This document shows positions 7,925 through 14,799 of a stretch of 39,701 nt of DNA, piece by piece. Below the pieces are notes generated by a model. It saw nothing but the letters and a program-made list of their open reading frames with translations. It did not search any database and was not told the origin of the DNA. Both the position numbers and the translations under genes were made by a program. Location of the stretch: assembly GCA_964532765.1 (NCBI GenBank), contig CAZHNC010000001.1, positions 1-39,701 of the forward strand. Direction: 5' to 3'. This DNA comes from an uncultured Candidatus Saccharibacteria bacterium. GTDB lineage: Bacteria; Patescibacteriota; Minisyncoccia; Phycocordibacterales; CAIZLB01. The first letter of the stretch is position 1. The number at the start of each line of letters is the position of its first letter.

Positions 7925-9193
7925 TTAAAATAACTCTTCCCATGAAGTTGTTAAGGCCACATCACTGGCTCCAGTAGAAGTCATTATATAACATATATAA
8001 TCATTTGGTAAACTTCTTATTTCTTGATTAAGCAAATCTAATGTTTTGGAATCAACTTTAGATAGAGATACAGCAAAAGTAAGTTCTGCATCTGTTAAAT
8101 CAACTGTAGCAGTTGGATTAACTTCTATCATGGAATTAGTACTTATATCTGACCAGGTTCCACCTGTGGGGGTTGTTGCTAGTTTCCATCTTTCAAAAGT
8201 TACATTTTTAGTTCCATCTGTGGCTATTGTTAAATATTTTAATAGGCTTTCAACTCTATTTTCTACTGGCGTGGTTCCATAATTTTGTTTTAAATGAAAT
8301 AAATTTATTACATTATTTATGTTTGCTGTCAAAGTTTTTGTAGTTTTACTTGTAAAAATCCTGCTAGATATTATCCTATTATATCCTCCTATACTTCCGC
8401 AAGCCACTGAAGCACTTGAAACTTTAACATTTGTAGTATTTCCACTATTTACATTCTCTATACCTATTTTTAAATAAGGCAAACTTACATGAGGAGTTGT
8501 GTTTCTATTTTGATATTCTATAGTGTGGAAATTTACCCAACCTGTATCAGTTAGTACCCAATATTTAATTGACCCAGCACCTAAATATATAAAGCTTATT
8601 CTAAATACATTTAATTTTGTTGTATCTATTAAAAATTTACTTTCTCCAGTCCCATCTAATTTGTCCTGGTTGAAATCTTCTTGTTTTATAAATTCTAAAT
8701 CAACCGAATCTTTTCTTCTTAGTATCCCAAAGTCTAACCCATTAAATCCTATTGCATAACCGTTTAAATTGTCAAATAATCCTATAAATCTTTTGTTATT
8801 AACAACCGGACTATCCCATGTAGCCGTAAAAAAGCAAAACGCTTCTTGACCTGCTTTATAAGGTAAACTTCTTTTACTTCTACCTATAGAACTTCCACTT
8901 GCATTCGTTCCGCTTCCTAAAACTAGCATACTATTTGTATTTGAAATGGTTCCACCTAGAGCCAATATACTTTGCAGTTTTCTAGTGTCTGATTGATAAG
9001 CAAAATTAGAAACAAAGGCCATATTTACATCTCCAACTATTTGTTCTCCGAATCCACTTTTAAAATTACTTTCCCCCAAAGGGTTAGCATCTCCGTTAAT
9101 TGTTAAACCTTTCATAATCTTCTTGTTAGCTTCCATTTCAAGATACCCTGCGTTAATATCATCCAAATCCACACCATTAAAAATATCTGCCAT
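7925..9193 (-). CDS. Hypothetical beta-rich protein (422 aa) heading the head-morphogenesis transcription unit
   Basis: ORF track, GGGG RBS and own promoter. Composition and alternating patterns suggest a beta-sandwich. No family recognised. Confidence 0.55.
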   Translation of the reverse strand: MADIFNGVDLDDINAGYLEMEANKKIMKGLTINGDANPLGESNFKSGFGEQIVGDVNMAFVSNFAYQSDTRKLQSILALGGTISNTNSMLVLGSGTNASGSSIGRSKRSLPYKAGQEAFCFFTATWDSPVVNNKRFIGLFDNLNGYAIGFNGLDFGILRRKDSVDLEFIKQEDFNQDKLDGTGESKFLIDTTKLNVFRISFIYLGAGSIKYWVLTDTGWVNFHTIEYQNRNTTPHVSLPYLKIGIENVNSGNTTNVKVSSASVACGSIGGYNRIISSRIFTSKTTKTLTANINNVINLFHLKQNYGTTPVENRVESLLKYLTIATDGTKNVTFERWKLATTPTGGTWSDISTNSMIEVNPTATVDLTDAELTFAVSLSKVDSKTLDLLNQEIRSLPNDYICYIMTSTGASDVALTTSWEELF

Positions 9194-9214
9194 AATCTCA
9201 ACCCCTTTATTTTA

Positions 9215-9243
9215 ATTATAGTACTAATTAGTAATAAATTCAA
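9215..9243 (-). promoter_or_regulatory. Promoter of the 422-aa/gp7-like unit with the palindromic motif in the spacer
   Basis: Coding strand TTGAAT-17-TATAAT. ATTACTAATTAGTACT (9220..9235) overlaps the spacer and the -10. Confidence 0.5.
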
Positions 9244-9265
9244 ATAAAAAAGAGTAGAAATTAAT

Positions 9266-9397
9266 CTAGTCAAATATAAACTTAACTGTTAGCATAAATA
9301 AGCTATAAATCCATAAGCTTGTTATTGTCACAAATAAAATTTTTATACTTGGGTAGAATAGTTTACTGTTGTAGAATAATAGCCATAGTTTTTTCAT
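9266..9397 (-). CDS. Small hydrophobic protein (43 aa)
   Basis: Hand-translated MKKLWLLFYNSKLFYPSIKILFVTITSLWIYSLFMLTVKFIFD. Below the track cutoff. Confidence 0.35.
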   Translation of the reverse strand: MKKLWLLFYNSKLFYPSIKILFVTITSLWIYSLFMLTVKFIFD

Positions 9398-9532
9398 TAT
9401 ATCACACCTTGAAATTTACTGTCTGCATCATATGTATCTTTTATTTTTTTCATAAAAAGCACACTCCTCATTGTTAGTTAATAATTGTTTTTAATTCATT
9501 GTTAATAATCATTCTTATTAGATTCTACTTTG

Positions 9533-9612
9533 CTAGAGAGGGGGTCTAAAGCAAACTAGAGAGGGGGTGTCTACTAAAGTAGAGAGGCTACTAGAGCAAA
9601 CTAGAGAGGGTC
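9533..9612. repeat. Four iteron-like direct repeats (22-23 bp period)
   Basis: CTAGAGAGGGGGT at 9533 and 9556 (identical), GTAGAGAGGC at 9579, CTAGAGAGGGTC at 9601. A G-rich patch in an AT-rich genome that ends 3 nt from the RepA_N-like stop codon. Confidence 0.8.
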
Positions 9613-9614
9613 TT

Positions 9615-9977
9615 TTATTCTTCAACTAAATATGCTATATATATAAGTGTAGAAGAATCATACTGATGTTTCCTTTCTATCAGTGCTTTTTTCTCTAATA
9701 AATCAAGTGCATTAGATATTGGGGTATTAGTAACATTTAACTTGTCCTTTAGCTCGGTATAAGTGTATTTTACATATACCCCTTTATCATCATAATAACC
9801 ATTTTTAGCAGATAATTTACCCCTATCAAATAACAACACATAAATTTTAAAAGCTGTTTCAGTAATTTCTTTTCTCATAAACATATCAAATACAAGCTTC
9901 TGAACTTGATAATAAATAAATCCATGACCTTCTAAATCTTCAAATACTTCTTTAGTAAAATAATAGTGTTTTATCAT
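9615..9977 (-). CDS. RepA_N-like winged-helix protein (120 aa)
   Basis: AFKIYVLLFDRGKLSAKNGYYDDKGVYVKYTYTELKDKLNVTNTPISNALDLLEKKALIERK follows the RepA_N pattern (AK.lY.LL.DR..LS.kNgw.De.G.vY...t..EL). Confidence 0.65.
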   Translation of the reverse strand: MIKHYYFTKEVFEDLEGHGFIYYQVQKLVFDMFMRKEITETAFKIYVLLFDRGKLSAKNGYYDDKGVYVKYTYTELKDKLNVTNTPISNALDLLEKKALIERKHQYDSSTLIYIAYLVEE

Positions 9978-9980
9978 TCA

Positions 9981-10109
9981 TCAATTACTCTCCTCTATTT
10001 CAATCGTTATTCTTTCCCCTTTCTCAAGATTTAATTTTTCCATTACATCTTTAGGAATAACTACTCCAATACTTGCACCTACAGTTACTAATTTTAATGT
10101 TAATTTCAT
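9981..10109 (-). CDS. AbrB/SpoVT/MazE-type small DNA-binding protein (42 aa)
   Basis: Hand-translated MKLTLKLVTVGASIGVVIPKDVMEKLNLEKGERITIEIEESN behind the RBS GGAGGT. The V/IPKD...L.L..GD/E motif is present. Confidence 0.6.
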   Translation of the reverse strand: MKLTLKLVTVGASIGVVIPKDVMEKLNLEKGERITIEIEESN

Positions 10110-10135
10110 GTATTACCTCCTTTTTATTATAATTA

Positions 10136-10164
10136 ATTATAACTCTTTATAAATAAAAAGTCAA
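10136..10164 (-). promoter_or_regulatory. Near-consensus promoter of the AbrB-like/RepA_N-like unit
   Basis: Coding strand TTGACT-17-TATAAT. Confidence 0.6.
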
Positions 10165-10169
10165 CTAAA

Positions 10170-10197
10170 TAAAAAAGAGCAGTAATTAAACTACTCT
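10170..10197 (-). terminator. Intrinsic terminator after the 525-aa gene
   Basis: AGAGUAGU pairs with ACUGCUCU (one G-U pair). T6 follows on the coding strand. Confidence 0.55.
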
Positions 10198-10206
10198 TAG
10201 TGTAAA

Positions 10207-11784
10207 TTAATTTATAGTTTTTGTAACAACTTGTTCCCCTGTATATTGTCCACCTATTTGGTCATCCCAAACTAAATGATACTCTATTTCACTTCCTTGA
10301 GTAAGTTTTGAACTATCTATGTTCCATTCAAAATAGTATCTTTCTTTACCATCGAATATTAGCATAGATTTAAATTCTCCTATAGATGTTCTAATTACTA
10401 CAAAAGGTAGTCTTACTAGTTCCCATGACATAGCTTCTAAGTCTAAATATACTTTAGTTAATAAAGGAGTAGAAATTGATATATCATCAACACCATTTAA
10501 TCTTAAATATGGCTTCCACGGAATAGGTGCTTCTGGAACTACAGGAACAAATTTTAATATTTCAATTAATGTTTTTGAACTTCCATCAGGGTCGAGAAAG
10601 TAAATAAATTCTCCATCAGTATCGCTTATGTGATATGAAGCTGAATATCTTTCTAATAAATCTATGTTATCAACTCTTACTGCTATACCACGGCTTCCAC
10701 AATTAACAATAATAGAATCTTTTTCAGTTATACCCAGTATGTTTAACTCTAAAAGTTGTCTTGCTCCTGTAGGCACACCATCATCTTTATAAATTGATTT
10801 TGGAATTAAAGGCAAATTAGGCTCAATCCAAGGTTTCCAATCTCCATTATACATTTGCAATGTGTGCCTTCTTCCACTTCTTATATCTAAAGCCTCAAGT
10901 ATTTTATAGTTTTGGCTAGTATCGAAAACATTTACATAGAAATCATTATCTCCTACATTGTATCCAGTTGGCAAATTATCTGTCATTCCAAAACATCTAT
11001 ATAAACCACTTTTATCAAAGAAAGTTTGGAAATTTTTTGTTTTATCTTTGAATTTACCTATAAGATTATCTGTGAAATAATCTGAAAATTTACCTTGACC
11101 AGTAAACAATTGGTCATACACATCATAATCCCAATAATTTAACCATCTCCAGCATAAAGTAGTTCCTTTAAAAATATTACCACTACCAAATTTTACACCA
11201 AATTTACCATCAGGATATCCATCATCTACGTTATGTGTTATGTATGCAGATGCTCCCCAACTGCTATAAATAAAATCAAATTTAATTGGGTTTATGACAT
11301 CACTATCATGGTTTACAAACTCTATAGTGTCTTTATTCACTGTTAGATTTTTGTAGTCATCACCATACCAAGTTAAGCATGTTTGGATTGATTTATCATT
11401 TATAGTATTATTATTAAACCAAAGGATAATTGGCTTTTCATCTGTTGGGTCATCTTGAATAACATAGGAATACTCTCTTATTATATTTTTATCACTATAA
11501 ACTACAGGGTTAGTATTTCCAGTACACCCATATGAAGCGTTTATTTCACTTCTTATAAGAGATTTATCCTCTCCTACAGCATGCTTAATATTTAGATTAT
11601 ATTCCCTCAAATCTAAATAATTAGCGTCAACCCATTCTCCAGTTGACCTTAGGTATCTTCCTTGAGGAGAATCTTCTACACCTTGATTGTATTCTCCATT
11701 ATCAGATAAAAATTTTGTACCTTTCCCATCAAATATGAAATATATACCTCTATTTTTACAGCTTATCTTTTTTTTATTTTTCAT
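10207..11784 (-). CDS. Hypothetical protein (525 aa), W/Y/D/N/G-rich, function unknown
   Basis: ORF track. Second gene of a promoter/terminator-bounded two-gene cassette. No family recognised. Confidence 0.6.
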   Translation of the reverse strand: MKNKKKISCKNRGIYFIFDGKGTKFLSDNGEYNQGVEDSPQGRYLRSTGEWVDANYLDLREYNLNIKHAVGEDKSLIRSEINASYGCTGNTNPVVYSDKNIIREYSYVIQDDPTDEKPIILWFNNNTINDKSIQTCLTWYGDDYKNLTVNKDTIEFVNHDSDVINPIKFDFIYSSWGASAYITHNVDDGYPDGKFGVKFGSGNIFKGTTLCWRWLNYWDYDVYDQLFTGQGKFSDYFTDNLIGKFKDKTKNFQTFFDKSGLYRCFGMTDNLPTGYNVGDNDFYVNVFDTSQNYKILEALDIRSGRRHTLQMYNGDWKPWIEPNLPLIPKSIYKDDGVPTGARQLLELNILGITEKDSIIVNCGSRGIAVRVDNIDLLERYSASYHISDTDGEFIYFLDPDGSSKTLIEILKFVPVVPEAPIPWKPYLRLNGVDDISISTPLLTKVYLDLEAMSWELVRLPFVVIRTSIGEFKSMLIFDGKERYYFEWNIDSSKLTQGSEIEYHLVWDDQIGGQYTGEQVVTKTIN

Positions 11785-11796
11785 ATAGCACCTCCA

Positions 11797-12246
11797 TTAA
11801 GCTTCAAAAGTTTGAACTAAATCAGAATCATATTTTATCATTCTTGTATCTCTAAACTCAATACTCAATGTATAAGTTCTGCTTGATAAAGTAGAAAAAT
11901 CCATTGGAGACAAAATATAATATCCAGTTTCATCTTTTTCAACGTCCAAACTAATCCAACCACCACTGTAATCAATAGTTATAGTAGCTTTATCAAATAA
12001 ACTCTGATTTTGTATAGCTAAAGTAATATTTATCCTTTCATTTTCTGCTTTCTTAGGTAAAAAACTTGCATTAAAACTAGTTATAATTGGATAAGAAAAG
12101 TTTGTTCCTGGACTTATTCCACCTTCAATTACTTGTACACAAGCCATCGCTATTAGTGTGGTTGTTGCTAACTCGCTTGTTTCTAACCCTAGAATCTTCA
12201 TCGCTGCCATTCGTTCAAGTGTACTTGTTGCTACATTATTATCCAT
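11797..12246 (-). CDS. Hypothetical protein (149 aa)
   Basis: ORF track, trimmed to the ATG at 12246, which is properly spaced from the GGGGG RBS. Confidence 0.55.
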   Translation of the reverse strand: MDNNVATSTLERMAAMKILGLETSELATTTLIAMACVQVIEGGISPGTNFSYPIITSFNASFLPKKAENERINITLAIQNQSLFDKATITIDYSGGWISLDVEKDETGYYILSPMDFSTLSSRTYTLSIEFRDTRMIKYDSDLVQTFEA

Positions 12247-12275
12247 ACATACCATACCCCCTTTTTTATATCTTA

Positions 12276-12304
12276 ATTATATAACTAATATATAATAAAA
12301 TCAA
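12276..12304 (-). promoter_or_regulatory. Candidate promoter of the 149-aa/525-aa cassette
   Basis: Coding strand TTGATT-17-TATAAT. Confidence 0.45.
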
Positions 12305-12323
12305 TTGACTAAATAAAGTAAAT

Positions 12324-12346
12324 AAAAAAAGACTAGTTTCCTAGTC
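12324..12346 (-). terminator. Intrinsic terminator ending the small-gene operon
   Basis: GACTAG-GAAA-CTAGTC hairpin followed by T7 on the coding strand. Confidence 0.65.
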
Positions 12347-12347
12347 C

Positions 12348-12428
12348 TCAACTAAAATCATAAAAAAATATATACAAAGCACAAATTACAACAAATAACC
12401 ATTCCCATTTTGACATTTTACTATTCAT
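12348..12428 (-). CDS. Possible 26-aa hydrophobic peptide
   Basis: MNSKMSKWEWLFVVICALYIFFYDFS. Start overlaps the upstream stop as TAATG. Confidence 0.25.
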   Translation of the reverse strand: MNSKMSKWEWLFVVICALYIFFYDFS

Positions 12429-12679
12429 TAATCCCCTTCAATCTCAACTATTATATCATACTTCTTCATCAAATCCTCTAATTCTAACTTATCAATATTT
12501 ACTTTCTCATCGTCAACCTCTTTAAAGTATCTAATACGTCCACTAGATTGTTTTATGGCAGTTATCTTATACTTTTCCCTCTCTTGAATCTTATTGCTTA
12601 TATAACCAATCCTATACAGTAATAAGCATATACCTATTACACACAATACTATTAAAAAATCTATAAATCTACTTCTCAT
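12428..12679 (-). CDS. Membrane-anchored small protein (83 aa)
   Basis: ORF track. N-terminal hydrophobic segment FIDFLIVLCVIGICLLLYRIGY followed by a charged domain. Confidence 0.5.
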   Translation of the reverse strand: MRSRFIDFLIVLCVIGICLLLYRIGYISNKIQEREKYKITAIKQSSGRIRYFKEVDDEKVNIDKLELEDLMKKYDIIVEIEGD

Positions 12680-12688
12680 TAAAACCTC

Positions 12689-12883
12689 CTAGTACCTATT
12701 CGATATCTCATCATATAAATAATTGCTTTGTGTCCTTCTTATTCTTTTCACATATGCTTTAAGTATATCAACATTAACATATTTAAACTCTTTTTTCAAT
12801 TGTTTCCAGGTACAATCATTTTTTAATCTTTCTTGTATCTTAAGGCAATTTGCACAACCTATCACATAAACTGGGTCAATCAT
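12689..12883 (-). CDS. Hypothetical protein (64 aa)
   Basis: ORF track. Tightly packed in the operon. Confidence 0.45.
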   Translation of the reverse strand: MIDPVYVIGCANCLKIQERLKNDCTWKQLKKEFKYVNVDILKAYVKRIRRTQSNYLYDEISNRY

Positions 12884-13110
12884 TATTTTTCTCCTTTTAT
12901 TTCAATAAATTTTGGTTTAATTTTAGAATTTATCCATTTTTCTTGGTTTAAATCTTCGTGTACATCTTTATAATCAAGCTTTCTATCTTTACCATACTTT
13001 TGTGGATTCTCATAAACATCAATCAATTGTTTAGGCATATTATTGTCTAACTTTAAATCAATTTTTGATAATTTATCCATGATTTCTTCAATCCATTTAT
13101 CTTTTTCCAT
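12883..13110 (-). CDS. Hypothetical protein (75 aa)
   Basis: ORF track. 1-nt overlaps with neighbours. Confidence 0.45.
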   Translation of the reverse strand: MEKDKWIEEIMDKLSKIDLKLDNNMPKQLIDVYENPQKYGKDRKLDYKDVHEDLNQEKWINSKIKPKFIEIKGEK

Positions 13111-13485
13111 TTAAACCTCCAAAAGTTCAGGATTTTCATAAATGTTGCCTATAACTTTAAAATTTTCATTTATACAATGTTTTAATATACTTCCAGTTTC
13201 ATTTAATCTTTCAAATATAAAACAACCTTCTTTAAATTTAATTATACCTTTATGAAATCCTTTGTTTCCATATGAACAATATTCTTTACATATATCTCCC
13301 TCGTAAATCTCTACACCGTTAATGTCTTTTAAGCCTGTCCATAAATCTTTTGATATAATTTCATAATTTTTTATATCAAATAATTTTTCTAATCCTTTTT
13401 CTATTTGTTTTAAAAAATACCATTTATAATGAATTTTATTGTCAAATTTTCCTTTTAAATTATATCTAAACTTAATTTCTCTCAT
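13111..13485 (-). CDS. YopX-family protein
   Basis: MREIKFR...DINGVEIYEGDI...VIGNIYENPELLE is the characteristic YopX pattern. Confidence 0.85.
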   Translation of the reverse strand: MREIKFRYNLKGKFDNKIHYKWYFLKQIEKGLEKLFDIKNYEIISKDLWTGLKDINGVEIYEGDICKEYCSYGNKGFHKGIIKFKEGCFIFERLNETGSILKHCINENFKVIGNIYENPELLEV

Positions 13486-13637
13486 TATATACCTCCTACA
13501 CTCTTTCTAATCTCCATAAATCTTTCTTTAACTTCGTGTAATTCAAAACTATCGTGTATTTTTAACCAGGTTCCAACGATAAACTTGTGGAATCCTTCTT
13601 TCTGTTTGTATATATTATTGTTGTGGTAGAATATCAT
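13485..13637 (-). CDS. Hypothetical protein (50 aa)
   Basis: Hand-translated MIFYHNNNIYKQKEGFHKFIVGTW... The stop overlaps the YopX start. Confidence 0.35.
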   Translation of the reverse strand: MIFYHNNNIYKQKEGFHKFIVGTWLKIHDSFELHEVKERFMEIRKSVGGI

Positions 13638-13859
13638 TTAGTCCTCCTTTGGTGGTTCAGGTAAATCCATCCAATACGTTATAGTTATTATTTCATCAAA
13701 ATTACTCGGTATACACCATCTAGGCTCTTTTCCTTTTATTTTTTCATATCTATAACACCTAACTTCTTTGTATCCCCACATAATGCTACCTATATTGCAA
13801 TAACATATATAATCATCAGTGTATTGTGGTAATTTATCATTTATTTTTATCCATTCCAT
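13638..13859 (-). CDS. DUF551-like protein
   Basis: MEWIKINDKLP...ITYWMDLPEPPKED matches the DUF551 pattern (W...d.lP......thWmpLPePP). Confidence 0.7.
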   Translation of the reverse strand: MEWIKINDKLPQYTDDYICYCNIGSIMWGYKEVRCYRYEKIKGKEPRWCIPSNFDEIITITYWMDLPEPPKED

Positions 13860-14201
13860 TTAAACCACCTCAAACTTATCAAAATAAATTATCTCTTCAT
13901 CCCACATTTTATGCTCTCCTACTACATCAAGCTCCCAAGTTAGCCCGTTGTTGCATACAGTTTTTATTTTAGCAACAAATACCAAATCAACATCAAATAT
14001 AAGCTCGTTATAAGACTTTTTAGTAGTTTCTAGGCACAAGTTTGTAAATTCCTCTTTATCAAAGTAAATTGCTCCTGTAATGCTTTTAGCTTCGTATATC
14101 GGCATACCTTGAAAAGTCGTTTCTCCTTCTACTTGTTCGCTAATTAAATTTATATCCTTGTCTATTACCTCTAGTTTATTTAAATTAACTTTTACTTTCA
14201 T
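13860..14201 (-). CDS. Hypothetical protein (113 aa)
   Basis: ORF track. Confidence 0.5.
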   Translation of the reverse strand: MKVKVNLNKLEVIDKDINLISEQVEGETTFQGMPIYEAKSITGAIYFDKEEFTNLCLETTKKSYNELIFDVDLVFVAKIKTVCNNGLTWELDVVGEHKMWDEEIIYFDKFEVV

Positions 14202-14340
14202 TTTTACCTCCGATTAGTTTTATTAAACTTTGTGCAGTTCTTTCTCTTTTAAATATAACTTTTAACCTTAGAAAAGCTTGTTTAAGTTCTTCTCTTTCCT
14301 CTTCAGAATTGCATATTATCTGTAACGGGTATCTTTTCAT
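14185..14340 (-). CDS. Hypothetical protein (51 aa)
   Basis: Hand-translated MKRYPLQIICNSEEEREELKQAF... Overlaps the next gene start. Confidence 0.3.
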   Translation of the reverse strand: MKRYPLQIICNSEEEREELKQAFLRLKVIFKRERTAQSLIKLIGGKNESKS

Positions 14341-14370
14341 TTAAACCTCCTTAAAATTGATTTAAAAAAT

Positions 14371-14667
14371 TTAGTAGTAACAATGAGTTGTTAAGTTTTC
14401 TTCGTTTAATTCAACTATAAATTCAAATTCTTCTACTCTTAATTTGATGTCTTGATTTCCGTATTCGTTTTGTTTTCTGTTAATTTCTTTTAATCCTACT
14501 ATGTTTTTATTTAATCTTCTTAATGTAACTATAGGTCTAAACTCTGCAAAAGTTCTTTCACTTTGATAGTCACTGTCAGAAAACCATTGTTTATTTTTTT
14601 CTGTTAATTCTATTTTACCATTTCCGTTCATTCCAAACTCTTTTAAAAAACTTATTACTTTTTCCAT
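14371..14667 (-). CDS. Hypothetical protein (98 aa), first gene of the small-gene operon
   Basis: ORF track. RBS GGAGGT upstream. Confidence 0.5.
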   Translation of the reverse strand: MEKVISFLKEFGMNGNGKIELTEKNKQWFSDSDYQSERTFAEFRPIVTLRRLNKNIVGLKEINRKQNEYGNQDIKLRVEEFEFIVELNEENLTTHCYY

Positions 14668-14709
14668 TTTAATTACCTCCGTTTTATTTGTTTTGTTTCT
14701 TATATTAAG

Positions 14710-14738
14710 ATTATACTACACAAGTAATTACTTGTCAA
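14710..14738 (-). promoter_or_regulatory. Perfect-consensus promoter with embedded 16-bp palindrome
   Basis: Coding strand TTGACA-17-TATAAT. The perfect palindrome ACAAGTAATTACTTGT (14720..14735) overlaps the -35 and spacer. Confidence 0.7.
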
Positions 14739-14774
14739 CACTTTTTATTAAATATTTTTATTTACTTTTTAAAA

Positions 14775-14799
14775 ATAAAAAAAGAGGTATAAACCCCTT
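14775..14799 (-). terminator. Intrinsic terminator after the portal gene
   Basis: AAGGGGU pairs with ACCUCUU (one G-U pair). T7 follows on the coding strand. Confidence 0.5.

Noticed and set aside
9533-9612. The direct repeats as a CRISPR array
   Set aside because: The units are only ~13 bp with ~10-bp gaps. There are four copies, two of them degenerate, and no cas genes. The geometry fits iterons, not CRISPR.
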